Shown here one piece after another: positions 22,401-31,370 of a DNA stretch of 64,000 nucleotides. Both the position numbers and the translations under genes were made by a program. Every line of letters begins with the position of its first letter. The first letter of the stretch is position 1. The stretch comes from Macrostomum lignano. Taxonomy: Eukaryota. Under the pieces are notes generated by a model. That model did no database searches. It saw only the letters and a list, made by a program, of their open reading frames with translations, and was not told the origin of the DNA. The DNA lies in NCBI GenBank assembly GCA_002269645.1, contig NIVC01001154.1, positions 62,001 to 126,000 on the forward strand. The letters run 5' to 3'.

Positions 22401-25400
22401 GTGGAGCTTAGTCATACTGTATTAAATGCAATATCTGGCTAGAGCCCAGGGTCATCAAGGAGACTTGGACAACAGATCGTCCTCGTCCCAGGCCGCTGGG
22501 GCTTGACTGGGAGATGGGAGTTGGTCGACGTCCATGGCCTCCTCACCCCCACCGGCCCCCCAGCAGACTCCTCAGGCTCCGATGACAGGATGGAGGAAGC
22601 TTCCTCACCTGCATCTTTACCTTCAGACCCCACCAAGGTGGCCGAGGAGAGCTCGGATTCCGAAGACCCGGCCTCGTCCTCAACTCCTTCTCCGACTGGC
22701 AGGTTTGGTTCCCGGGGCTCGGCCGGAGCCGTTACCGCGGTCGCCGAACTGCTGCTAGCAGAGGGGCGAGATGCAGCTTTGGCTTTGGGATCGGCTTGCG
22801 CCTTTCCTTGGGCCTTAGACTGCGCCCCGCTCTTGCCGGAGATGCCGGGGTTGGCAGTAGCCTTCCCTTTGGCAGACTTTCCTCGGCGCAACTTGAGCTT
22901 GAGGGCACCCAGCTGGAAAGAGGATCCATTAGGGTACCGACTCGCCCAAGTGCTGGAAAGGCCGAGGACAATTGAGTTGCCCGTCTCCCCCCTGCGGACT
23001 TTACGGTGATACACCAGTCCACTAGCAGGGAGGTCGGGGTTCAGACGCAGTAGGACCCGGCGAATAACGTCTGGTCCAGCTGCGGTGCTCTTAGCAGGGA
23101 CGAAAACCACATAGGGTATCGTCTTTGGACGCTGGCCCTCGCGAAGAAAAAGAGCTCCGCCAAGGTCAGCATCCAAGGAGACCGTCGGTAGCCGCTGGAG
23201 CAGCCGCCGAGCGTCCTCCTCGCTGCTAGGAGCAATAAGAACGAATGTGCTTCGCAGCACCATCCGCTCAACGCCGATGGAGATTCCCTCCTCGACAGTC
23301 AGCTCAATCAGATAGGAGTCAACAGCACTCCACACTTTTTGAAGCTGATCAGTGGTCCAGTCCTGGTCGCGACCTTGGATGATCACTCCCGGGATTTTGG
23401 CCTTGGCCTTCGCCGCAAAGGTAGCTCCCGAAGGAACCTCCTTGTTGGCAGTGGCCATTTGTTGCGCCGTGGTTTCGGCCTCAGCAGCCGCGGCAGCAGC
23501 TCCAGGGAGCGCCGCCGCTGAACTACTGGAGCTTCCACCGGCCGGCCCGCCTGGTTGCCTTGGGACTCCAGTCGCTTCAGCATCCATGGTGGACGCCGCC
23601 GCTTTGGCCCCCGCAGCTCCCTTCTTGGCCTGCCTTTTGGCGCGTTGTTTAGCGCGTTTGCGCTCAAGCCGAGCCCGCTGAGCTTCATCGGATCTGCCAG
23701 ATTTGGCCGGTCCTTTAGGCTCAGAGCTCGCGGTTCCCTTAGATCCACCAGCGGAGCTGGCAGGTCTTAGGGTATTTTGAGTTTGGTAGCTCTGGTCGGA
23801 TCTGCCAGCAGAGCCAGCCGGTCCTTCCTTTGCCACAGTTGAATCAGTCGGTTGGGATCTGCCAGCAGGGCCGGCCGGTCCTTCGGACTGAGGTTGGGGT
23901 TTAGAAGGGTCCCCATCCCTAGAAATAGCTTGTTTATCCATAGTCGGCTCGAAGGCCATGATAAAAGGTTGGTGGGCTACCCTCAAAGGGGCGCGGTACC
24001 CACCCGGCCGCTCCACCTGACCGGGCAGTAGGCCAATAGCACCCTCAAGGCTGGCCCGACACCAGGAGGGGGACCGCTTGCGACCGGACTACTCCCCGGC
24101 CTTCCAGCCCATCGGCACGGTCAACACCTTAGGCATTAGAGAGTACGTTGAGCAGTACCACGGCCTGCAGGTTGGCGAGCCAGACCCGCATACCCAAATT
24201 CGGCCGAAGCCACTGGATAGGGTCGCCAGCGCCGGAGCCCAGTCTGTCCAGCAGCCCTAGGGACTGCCTTGAACACACGCGGGGACGAGTACCCTGGGTC
24301 GACTTGCGAGACAGCGTGAGGGGGGGGGTCTGCGGCTGCCAGAGGCAAATAGAGGGTGCAGACCTCCCACCAGCCTTGACCTGCTGAAGATAGGGGCAGG
24401 CGTGAAGCATCGCAGACCTTAGCCCATGGGCCTAGTCTGTCTCATACTTCACTGGCATGCTGAATACGCCTTCGCGTGCGGGAGGTAATGATACGCCATA
24501 AAAGATAATGAGGCGCCATGGGAGGTAATGAGGCGCCATAGGAGTTAATGACACGCCATATAAGTTAATGAGACGCCATGGGAGTTAATGACATGCCATA
24601 TAAGTTAATGAGGTGCCATATAAGTTAATGAGACGCCATGGGAGTTAATGACATGCCATATAAGTTAATGAGGCGCCATGGGATTTAATGAGGCGCCATG
24701 GGAGTTAATGACACGCCATGGAAGTTAATGAGGCGCCATGGGAGTTAATAAGGCGCCATGGGAGTTTATGACATGCCATGGGAGTTAATGACACACCATG
24801 GAAGTTAATGAGGCGCCATGGGAGTTAATGAGACCCAATGGGAGTTAGTGAGGCGACATGGAAGCTAATGACGCGCCATGGGAATTAGAGGTTCAATAAG
24901 GAGTTAATGAGGCGCCATGAAGCTAATGACGCGCCTATCTATAGTGAGGTTCTATGGGGAGTTAATGCATGAGGCGCCATAGGAATTAATGGAGTTCCGT
25001 GGGAGTTAGTAAAGCACTATGCGAGTTAATGAAGCGCCATGGTAGTTGGGTAGTTGGGTTAGTTGGGTTAGGGGGGACTTTAAATAACATATCCATTATA
25101 TTCCAATGCTCCTCAGACGGCCGCTGACCGAGTATCTGGACGGCCTGGCCATTCGTCTCGGCGCTGTTGGCGCCTGCGGTTGCTACCTCGGCCAGGAACC
25201 GAAGGCGCACGCTGTGCTGCTGTATGGCCTGGCCAGTTTGCCCAGCAACGCGCTGATGGCCTGCCAACCTGGGCACGAGTTCATGCTCTACCTGCTGCGC
25301 AAGCTGCCGCTCTACCTGGCCTGGCACGAGTCCAGCCAGGGCAGCGAGGCGGAGAGGCTGAGGCGCAGGCAGGGATTCCACGCCAGCAGGCTGACTGGTG

Positions 25401-26438
25401 AGTTCTCGGCGGCGCCAAGGACTTCTAAAATGGTTTCTAAGATCGAATTTTCTTAGCTTCTTTTCCTTCTTTTTCTTTTTTCTTTTCTTAGAGTCTGGTA
25501 AGCAAGCAAGAAAGAAAGGTTAGTTGAAATTTCTATGACAAAAACCAACAATAGACATTTTCTTGATACTTTACTAGCAGTAAAAATAACAGAATATTAC
25601 TATATAATATTTATTCCAGTATACATGTATTAGCACCAGATGATTATTTAAATCGGCTTTTACAATACTTTACATCAAAAGAATCAAAATGCTTGTTTGT
25701 TTAATTTTTTATATTATATTATTTAATTATAATTTAAGTAAAGTAATATCCTTGAAATATTACTTTATTTGTTTATTCAGTAAAATATTTTATATTACTT
25801 GTTTTATTAATGTTTGTCATATTATTGTTAACATTTTTTCTTAACTACTTAACTACATTCGAAATTGTCTTTCGAATTGCTTTATGAAGCTTGGCCATCT
25901 AATAATTTCCTATCAAACGAGAATATAACGAGAAACGCGAACTTCTAGTAGTCCTTGACTCAAACCGCCAGGCCCGGTCATGCTGCACCGCCTGCTCCGC
26001 CAGTACCAGCGCCAGCCGCCCTGCAATTGGCAGCTAGCCAAGTGTCGAGTGTGCCTAATGGAGCCGGAATACACAATGCCCTACACTGATCCCAGCCAGC
26101 TGAGCCGCATGCGCGAGCTGTGCGACACCGTTGCTAAGCAACCGGTCCGAGTGCCGCTGGTCAGACGGGCTCGCGTTGCCGAGTTCTGCTCCGAGCATCT
26201 GGAAGATATCCTGCTCAAATCGGCGTCCTCAGCGGATAGAACGTCGGAAACGGACAACTGGGTGGTGGCCGAGCACGACTTTCTGCACCTGGCCTACACA
26301 ACCTTGGACGCCGATAGCAGCGACTCAATTCTCAGCAGCAGCAGAACGACGGACGGCGCATCTTCAGAGCAGCGTCAGTGGCTCAATCTGACTAGACTGA
26401 TGTCGCAATTTCCAGGTCGAATCGATGTGCGTTTGTGA
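16410..26438 (+). CDS. GT32-family DxD glycosyltransferase (SUR1/OCH1/A4GALT-like), type II membrane protein, ~379 aa; exons 16410-16801, 25117-25397, 25972-26438
   Basis: N-terminal signal anchor; IPAVIHQ, HPSHEYRLWTD, SDVSRYFLLLEFGGLYADMDV, SNALMACQPGHEF; GT/AG junctions in matching phases rebuild DMDVRVR|RPL and LT|GPVML (TGP motif). Confidence 0.88.
16890..18579. repeat. 20-bp minisatellite (GGGAGTTAATGAGGCGCCAT), left part
   Basis: Tandem units in glycosyltransferase intron 1; interrupted by the non-LTR element. Confidence 0.96.
18675..22415 (-). CDS. Non-LTR ORF2: AP-like endonuclease, RT, RNase H, C-terminal CCHC (1246 aa)
   Basis: QINLQH/IQEPW/GDLNAHH/SDH endonuclease; GPQGGVLTP and YADD RT; YTDGSK/EVLAI/SDSQAAL/WVPGHVGIRGNELAD RNase H; CSFC...EHFVSIC. 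Confidence 0.96.
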   Translation of the reverse strand: MTKLHAAKGATFCLQINLQHCVSASVNLMKIAELYRPGLILIQEPWMRNGKLPNIPSGYSDFYVCGPGNSRPRAAILAASHLQAWLRTDLSDGDLCVIQSNHFSPRTCLVASVYIPGDRDPAPESLLRLAQYCESQNAELCLGGDLNAHHKHWGSKDTNTRGEELLALISNTNLMLCNRGSTPTFNNGRWTEVLDATLVTPRLFDRVKEWRVWSEEPSLSDHCFIAFNIADTKTQSPITWRRNIRNTDWAAYKAALDLHLQELTDLRPIETCEDVDHMAETLTGCIIAAYEAACPARAYRGKTSAPWWNPELGKLRRKAKSLHRRAMKTGNPEDMELFRQASRNFKSEVRKAKECKWRQFCNELDQDRPTSRLVKALTMDKMSKLAMIKKDDGSLTKDPEEVLQHMLSTFFPRVPTARPEPNHSMDGATLAAGIVTEDLIARAVRTFKPFKSPGPDGIYPVLLREAAKIPSFLRLTRNLMRASIQLGYVPKSWTEARVVFIPKPGKGDYQSVKAFRPISLTSAMLKLTERLILWRLLSCELTAMPLSNNQHAFRTGRSTDSALHAIVEKIERAVLGDGYALALFLDIVGAFDNVIFEAFQRALQNRKAHATLIRWIMYMISNRTVTAQLLGQTASTRVCKGGPQGGVLTPTLWNLVMDALLSDSRPDPVFKVGYADDVTAIVAGPSPSTLRDLMQSFIRKAESWANDNGLELSEPKTVAIMFTSRLRWNIRPLQLYGRDIAFAHQTRCLGVTLDHRLNWSFHVKAKAKRASAILAQLRRALGTSWGLSPKRLWWIYTSVVRPAITYASVVWVSATQVKSHADLLNTIQGRACRLICNATRSTPFAGMGAFLNLPPLDLFIRGEAARTTRRLIDAGVKFIYMRAPAKRNLVPHSDLCLNFLNECQANRVFTDGIASTLNLRQRYSVAIDSRDNINDHWNPGELHCYTDGSKQSANTGFGVGIFLNGRVIATHAQYTGVNSSVFQNEVLAISSCTAELLATGVTGKNIIFHSDSQAALHAISGCSTNSATVLDCIKLLNVLGSANKITLKWVPGHVGIRGNELADTLAKVGASGSSLGPEPLVPIPGCVIDSRIKAWIRTQHRSTWANRTNCRQSRGAVPQPSHQLRKLLLRLSRRDIRAATMTLSGHGCFSRHQYLQGNATNATCSFCNSGDETAEHFVSICPAFTRARLTYLGPHTSITEACKPENFNQLMRYLRATRRAELSFPESTIAAGDTGGPPWAAPTLRP
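22439..23959 (-). CDS. Non-LTR ORF1, basic/low-complexity with a central folded domain and no zinc knuckle
   Basis: Open frame, first ATG at 23959 (track starts at GTG 24016); stop 23 nt before the ORF2 ATG; central region ...VFVPAKS...RVLLRLNPDLP resembles the DUF4780 pattern from memory. Confidence 0.85.
   Translation of the reverse strand: MAFEPTMDKQAISRDGDPSKPQPQSEGPAGPAGRSQPTDSTVAKEGPAGSAGRSDQSYQTQNTLRPASSAGGSKGTASSEPKGPAKSGRSDEAQRARLERKRAKQRAKRQAKKGAAGAKAAASTMDAEATGVPRQPGGPAGGSSSSSAAALPGAAAAAAEAETTAQQMATANKEVPSGATFAAKAKAKIPGVIIQGRDQDWTTDQLQKVWSAVDSYLIELTVEEGISIGVERMVLRSTFVLIAPSSEEDARRLLQRLPTVSLDADLGGALFLREGQRPKTIPYVVFVPAKSTAAGPDVIRRVLLRLNPDLPASGLVYHRKVRRGETGNSIVLGLSSTWASRYPNGSSFQLGALKLKLRRGKSAKGKATANPGISGKSGAQSKAQGKAQADPKAKAASRPSASSSSATAVTAPAEPREPNLPVGEGVEDEAGSSESELSSATLVGSEGKDAGEEASSILSSEPEESAGGPVGVRRPWTSTNSHLPVKPQRPGTRTICCPSLLDDPGL
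24237..24479 (-). ncRNA. HDV-like self-cleaving ribozyme at the 5' end of the non-LTR element
   Basis: P1 GCACGCG(24479-24473)/CGCGUGU(24281-24275) with G1-U wobble; P3 GGG/CCC; L3 UACUCGU; P1.1 AC/GU; P4 GCAGUCC-CUA-GGGCUGC; J4/2 CAGAC with catalytic C at 24246; P2 CCCA/UGGG; G1 coincides with the TSD-defined 5' end. Confidence 0.85.
24480..25045. repeat. 20-bp minisatellite, right part of the same array
   Basis: Same unit resumes in register after the TSD and decays towards 25045. Confidence 0.94.
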
Positions 26439-26844
26439 ATTCACTGTACACTACATTTTGCATGTACAGTGCACACTGCCACTCGTGGTTGAGTTCAAGG
26501 ATTGCAAGGACTTCTAAAATGTACGGCTCGTACACATGCATAAGCAACAGAAATTGATGAGCCCTTGAAGTCGGCACAACAACCAATTTTTCGTCAGACT
26601 TGTTTAGTAGAGTAAAACAAACGCCGAAATACGAGTATATTGACCCCAAAATCTACGTTGTATTTGGTGAAGACTCCTGCTAAGACAGTTTAAACTTCAT
26701 TAGACCTATTAAAAAGTTGATACGCTCGTACAAATCCCCGTTTTATCTACCTCTCTCTCTCTTTATCCTGGGACCCTCCCACAAGATCGAAGGACAATAT
26801 TGGCCAGTGGGCTGTGCGATTCACATCCATGAGAGCCACCCGCC

Positions 26845-27005
26845 GTCAGGGCCGCTGTACATCCTGTGTGAGCGCGTGTACGAGTATGAGTGCGCGCCTG
26901 CGTAGTGTTAGCGCGCTTGCATGTGCTCATGAGTCAGCGGAATGGGCTGAATTGCCGTCAGCGCTGGCTGTGGGACATGATGTCGCCGAAGGGATTGCGC
27001 CACGG
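26845..27005 (+). mobile_element. Diverged copy of the central domain of the SINE at 55959-56320, with different flanks
   Basis: Shared blocks GTCAGGGCCGCTGTAC, CCTGTGTGAG, GCGCGCTTG, GAGTC.GCGGAATGGGC, ATGTCGC. Confidence 0.6.
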
Positions 27006-28474
27006 TTTATTATATAAACCGGAGACCGACAACACAAGTAAAGTTCTAGCGAACAGTCGTTATTGAGTTCGCATATAAGAAAGTGATTTTATTGACAAGA
27101 CCGATATAGATTTATCATTAGTTGTTATTTTTATTATCCAACCGTCGAAACAGTGAAATAAATGAATTTATTATTGAATTTGAAGCAGGGACGAGTTTTA
27201 AATTTCTACATTTACATAAGATAACAAAACAGGTTTCGAACAGGACCGCTTAGTTAAAGCTGTCCAACATGCTACGGAATGCAGACAGCTGCCATTCCTA
27301 CTCAAAGATAACTGGTGCAACAAGCGCCTATTGGTATACAATTAATGATAATGAAAAAGGCAAATAAAATACATAATTTTCTGATGCTGCGTGTGTTCAG
27401 TCTGCCCCGACCTTGGCCGTTACTTTAGACACAGTACCTTGTTACGCTTAGTTAGCTACGAGTATATAGATAGGATATATACCTAGTAATAAATAGGGCA
27501 CTGCAACTTATGCATTTTCAGAGTAAGAATGTAGTAAACGATATATATAGTAAATAATAAGTAGTTACAGCGACTGAAAAGCTGCCAATAGTGTATAGAT
27601 AGCAATGCGACCATCTTATCGAACCTTCCAATTTCAAAACTAATAGCGTCAAGAAAAAACAGCATTATTAACCGACTACTATTATTAGTATTATTAAATA
27701 GAAATAAGAAAAAAACAAAACAAAATGCATGCAATGCCAAAACGAACTAAAACGGCTCTGAACTGAACAATTACAGGCCCATAAATAATAATAATAATAA
27801 TAACAATAATAATAATAATAATGCATATTAATTACGAATTCAGCGCTCGCACCGGAGTTGGCTATAGGGAAAAAACTTCAAGCCAAAAAGGGCACAGAAC
27901 TGCAAAACCTCCAGCTTCTTCTGTCGCTTCTATACTGACAAAAACCAATAACGCTCCAAATAATGAAATAAATAAATAAATAATCTATAATACCGATAAA
28001 AGTACAGCCAAAGCGTACGATAATAAACAGCGCAGGCCTTTAAACTCATCTGATCTTTACTTATAGCGCCCGAATCGCTAATGAAACGCCTAGCTATAAT
28101 AAATCATTTTAGAATCAGTTTTATTACTAACAACGAATTAATAAAATTTAAATCGAAAAAACACAGATTATCCAACGCCCCTTTTCACTGCTCACCTTCA
28201 CTTAATATATACTTGTACTACTGGAAATTAAGCAAAAATATAAAAAAAAGACAAATTTTCAAATTTCTGCCCTAAAGCATACCTGCTCAGGACTATAAAA
28301 TTAGCTTGTTTTGGGGGGTAGATGGGTTAAAAACAATGTTACATTCATTTAAACTGTAGCTCGTCTCTTACCACTCAGTTGCAACTGCATGTGACCAAGG
28401 ACCGGACAAAATAACAGTCGCCCCAGTTCTCTTTAACTATTCCTCTTAATAATTGTCTTTGCTTACTGAGCCAT

Positions 28475-28957
28475 TCAAGCATTATCCGGACACTCGCGAG
28501 CAAAATGACCGGGCTTGTTGCACTTGTAGCAGGTGGACTCGGCCTGGGGCTGGTCGCAGTCGCGGGCCATATGGCCCTCGCCATTGCAACGGTAGCAGCG
28601 CATTCCGTACCCGCCGCCGCCGCCGCCGCCGCCGCGACCTCCACCGCGGCCGTAGCCGCCGCCGCCGCCGCCGCGGCCGTAGCCGCCACCGCCGAAACCA
28701 CCGCGGCCGCCACCGCCGCCGCCAGGGCTCTCGGTGCACTCGCGAGCGAAATGGCCGGGTTGGCCGCAGTTGTAGCAAGAGCCGCCTCCGCCGCCGCCGC
28801 CGCCGCCGCCACCACCACGGTAGCCTCCGCCGCCGCCGCCGCCACCGCCACGGTAGCCTCCGCCGCCACCGCCACGGTAGCCTCCGCCGCCCTGCGGACA
28901 CTCGCGCGAAAAGTGACCGGGCTTGCCACAGTTATAGCATGCGCCACCAGAGCTCAT
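28475..28957 (-). CDS. CNBP: CNBP-like CCHC zinc-knuckle/RGG nucleic-acid-binding protein, 4 knuckles, 160 aa
   Basis: Four CX2CX4HX4C motifs with Gly/RGG linkers; single coding exon; symbol denotes family, orthology untested. Confidence 0.85.
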   Translation of the reverse strand: MSSGGACYNCGKPGHFSRECPQGGGGYRGGGGGGYRGGGGGGGGGYRGGGGGGGGGGGGSCYNCGQPGHFARECTESPGGGGGGRGGFGGGGYGRGGGGGGYGRGGGRGGGGGGGGYGMRCYRCNGEGHMARDCDQPQAESTCYKCNKPGHFARECPDNA

Positions 28958-29417
28958 ACTCGTTCGCTTTCTCGCTCTCTCACAATACTTTCAAATAAAT
29001 ATCAATCAAATCTTCTCGCAACTGTTTCGCTTACGCTCGCACCAATAGCTCTGCACGGCCTCGCGACCCTGGACATGCATATACAGGCTAAGCTCATTAG
29101 AAAGCACTTTGGTGTAATTTTGTGCGCTTACTACTAGTACTATCTTAGGTATTTATTCTAGTCTCTAGAAAATCTACGCAGACCGGATTGTATGGATAAA
29201 AGGCGAGAGTAAACATCACTTCAGTGAAAGATCAATGACTCAGCTCTTCTGAAGTCTACCTTCGATTCAAGCTGAGAGTTCGTACGAGATCAAAGCATGA
29301 TTCAGACGTTTGCTACCATGACGGGAACACACGGAAAATCTGATGCAGGCCTACGAGAATTCTCCGCCATATATTTGACCGACGGCCCCGAATAACTCGT
29401 AAGGAGCGACAGCTACT

Positions 29418-29975
29418 ATGGAGAAGGCGCCAGCTACAGAGGGGGCGCCAGTTACAAAGGGGGCGCTAGTTACAGAGGATGTGCAAGTTACAGAGGGGGC
29501 GCCAGCTACAGAGGGGCGCCAGTTACAGAGGGGGCGCCAGATACAGAGACGGCGCCAGTTACATAGGGGCGTCAGCTACAGATGGGGCGCCAGCTACAGA
29601 GCGGACACCAGCTACGTAAGAAGCGCCAGCTACAGAGGCGCCAGCTACGGAAGAAGCGCCAGCTACGGAAGAAACGCCAGCTACGGAAGAAGCGCCAGCT
29701 TCAGAGGAGGCGCCAGCTACAGAGGAGCGCAAGCTGCAGATGAGGCGCCAGCTACGGAAGAAGCGCCAGCTACAGAGGAGGCGCCAGCTACGGAAGAAGC
29801 GCCAGCTACAGAGGAGGCGCCAGCTACGGAAGAAGCGCCAGCTACAGAGGAGCGCAAGCTGCAGATGAGGCGCCAGCTACGGAAGAAGCGCCAGCTACAG
29901 AGGAGCGCAAGCTGCAGATGAGGCGCCAGCTACGGAAGAAGCGCCAGTTACAGAGGGGCGCAAGCTACGATTAGA
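29418..29975 (+). repeat. 18-bp-unit GC-rich repeat (GCGCCAGCTACGGAAGAA / GCGCCAGCTACAGAGGAG) holding a 167-aa ORF at 29418-29921
   Basis: Tandem units visible; coding status unknown. Confidence 0.8.
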
Positions 29976-30773
29976 TTTATACTAATTTAAACCAACAGTT
30001 TCACTAACAAAAATAATTAAATTTAAATCAGAACACTCCAAATACCGGAGTAATTTGATTTTAAATTGTCTTTCTTCATTAGTTTATTTGGTTTCAAGGC
30101 TTAGCTTTTCAATAAGTTGAGTAGTGCAGTACTAAGAATATACTCGTAAAAGAGAGTAAGATAATAAAAACAGAATGAGTTTTAACTTACAAAAAGGCCG
30201 TAGCTCATGAGCTAGACATGCCCGAGTCAACATTAACTAATAAGAGCCACACACACTAATTTCTGCCTTAAACAAACAACGCCCAATTAAAACATGGGAA
30301 GCAAACTATTAAACAGTCAGTCAATAAGATCGTAACAGATGTAGAAATCTTAACAAATGTAGAAAGAAAACAATAACACGAACAGCAGCGTGTTGAAAAA
30401 TCCTTATTGAAGAAAGGATAAAATACAAATACTTAGTTCATTCCAATTAAATTAGATTGGTATGTATCCCGCTAGTTTATCAATGGGATTTTTTGGCTTA
30501 CAATCTTTAGGAGAGACATCAATAATGGGTTACATAGTTAGTTTTGCTAACTGTCAATATGTACTAAAAACTTTCAAAAGAAGTCAGTCATTAAGGCAGC
30601 TTTCGAGCTGTTCTAAAATCTCATTGCTCTTACATGCATTATTGTTACTAGTTCGGAGCTCATTGTCCGTTTTCGCCGCCGCAACTTATATAAAATCGCT
30701 ACAATACAGAGCTAATTCTTACTAATTTATAAAAAAGTTTCATTACATAAGAAGCCTTCAGGAAAAACTCCCC

Positions 30774-31370
30774 TCAGGCGTTGTCCGGGCAGTCGCGAGC
30801 TATGTGACCGGGCTTGTTGCACCGGTAGCAGGTGGTCTCAGCCTGTGGCCTGTCGCAATCGCGAGAGATATGACCAATGCCATTGCAACGATAGCAGCGC
30901 GGCCCGCCGCCGCCGCCTCCGCGTCCACCACGACCGCGACTAAAGCCGCCGCCGCCGCCGAAGCCGCCTCTGCCGTCGGGACCGTCGGGGCATTCGCGAG
31001 CAAAGTGACCCGGACGACCACAGTTGTAGCAGGCGCCGCCGCCACCGCCGCCGCCGCCGCCACCGAAGCCAGGGCCGCCAGGGCTATCAGTGCAGTCGCG
31101 GGCATAGTGACCTGGGCGGCCACAATTGTAGCAGGTGCCGCCACCGCCACCGCCTCCGCCTCCGCCACCGCCTCCGCCAGGCATCTCCGTGCACTCGCGG
31201 GCAAAGTGACCTGGACGGCCGCAGTTGTAGCAGGCGCTGCCACCGCCGCCGCCGCCGCGACCACCACGGAAGCCACCGCGGCCTCCACCGCCACCACCGC
31301 CACCCTGAGGACACTCGCGCGCAAAGTGGCCTGGCTTGCCACAGTTGTAACAATCACCACCGGAACTCAT
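30774..31370 (-). CDS. CNBP: CNBP-like paralogue, 6 knuckles, 198 aa
   Basis: Six CX2CX4HX4C motifs; same MSSGG start and CPDNA end as 28475-28957. Confidence 0.85.
   Translation of the reverse strand: MSSGGDCYNCGKPGHFARECPQGGGGGGGGRGGFRGGRGGGGGGSACYNCGRPGHFARECTEMPGGGGGGGGGGGGGGTCYNCGRPGHYARDCTDSPGGPGFGGGGGGGGGGACYNCGRPGHFARECPDGPDGRGGFGGGGGFSRGRGGRGGGGGGPRCYRCNGIGHISRDCDRPQAETTCYRCNKPGHIARDCPDNA

Larger units (their letters stand above)
18580..24479 (-). mobile_element. Full-length non-LTR retrotransposon, probably LOA/R1 group (APE-RT-RNase H), 5900 bp
   Basis: 13-bp TSD GGGAGGTAATGAT at 18567-18579 and 24480-24492; two intact ORFs; 3' end TAAGTCAAGTAAGTC; clade inferred from domain content. 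Confidence 0.95.
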
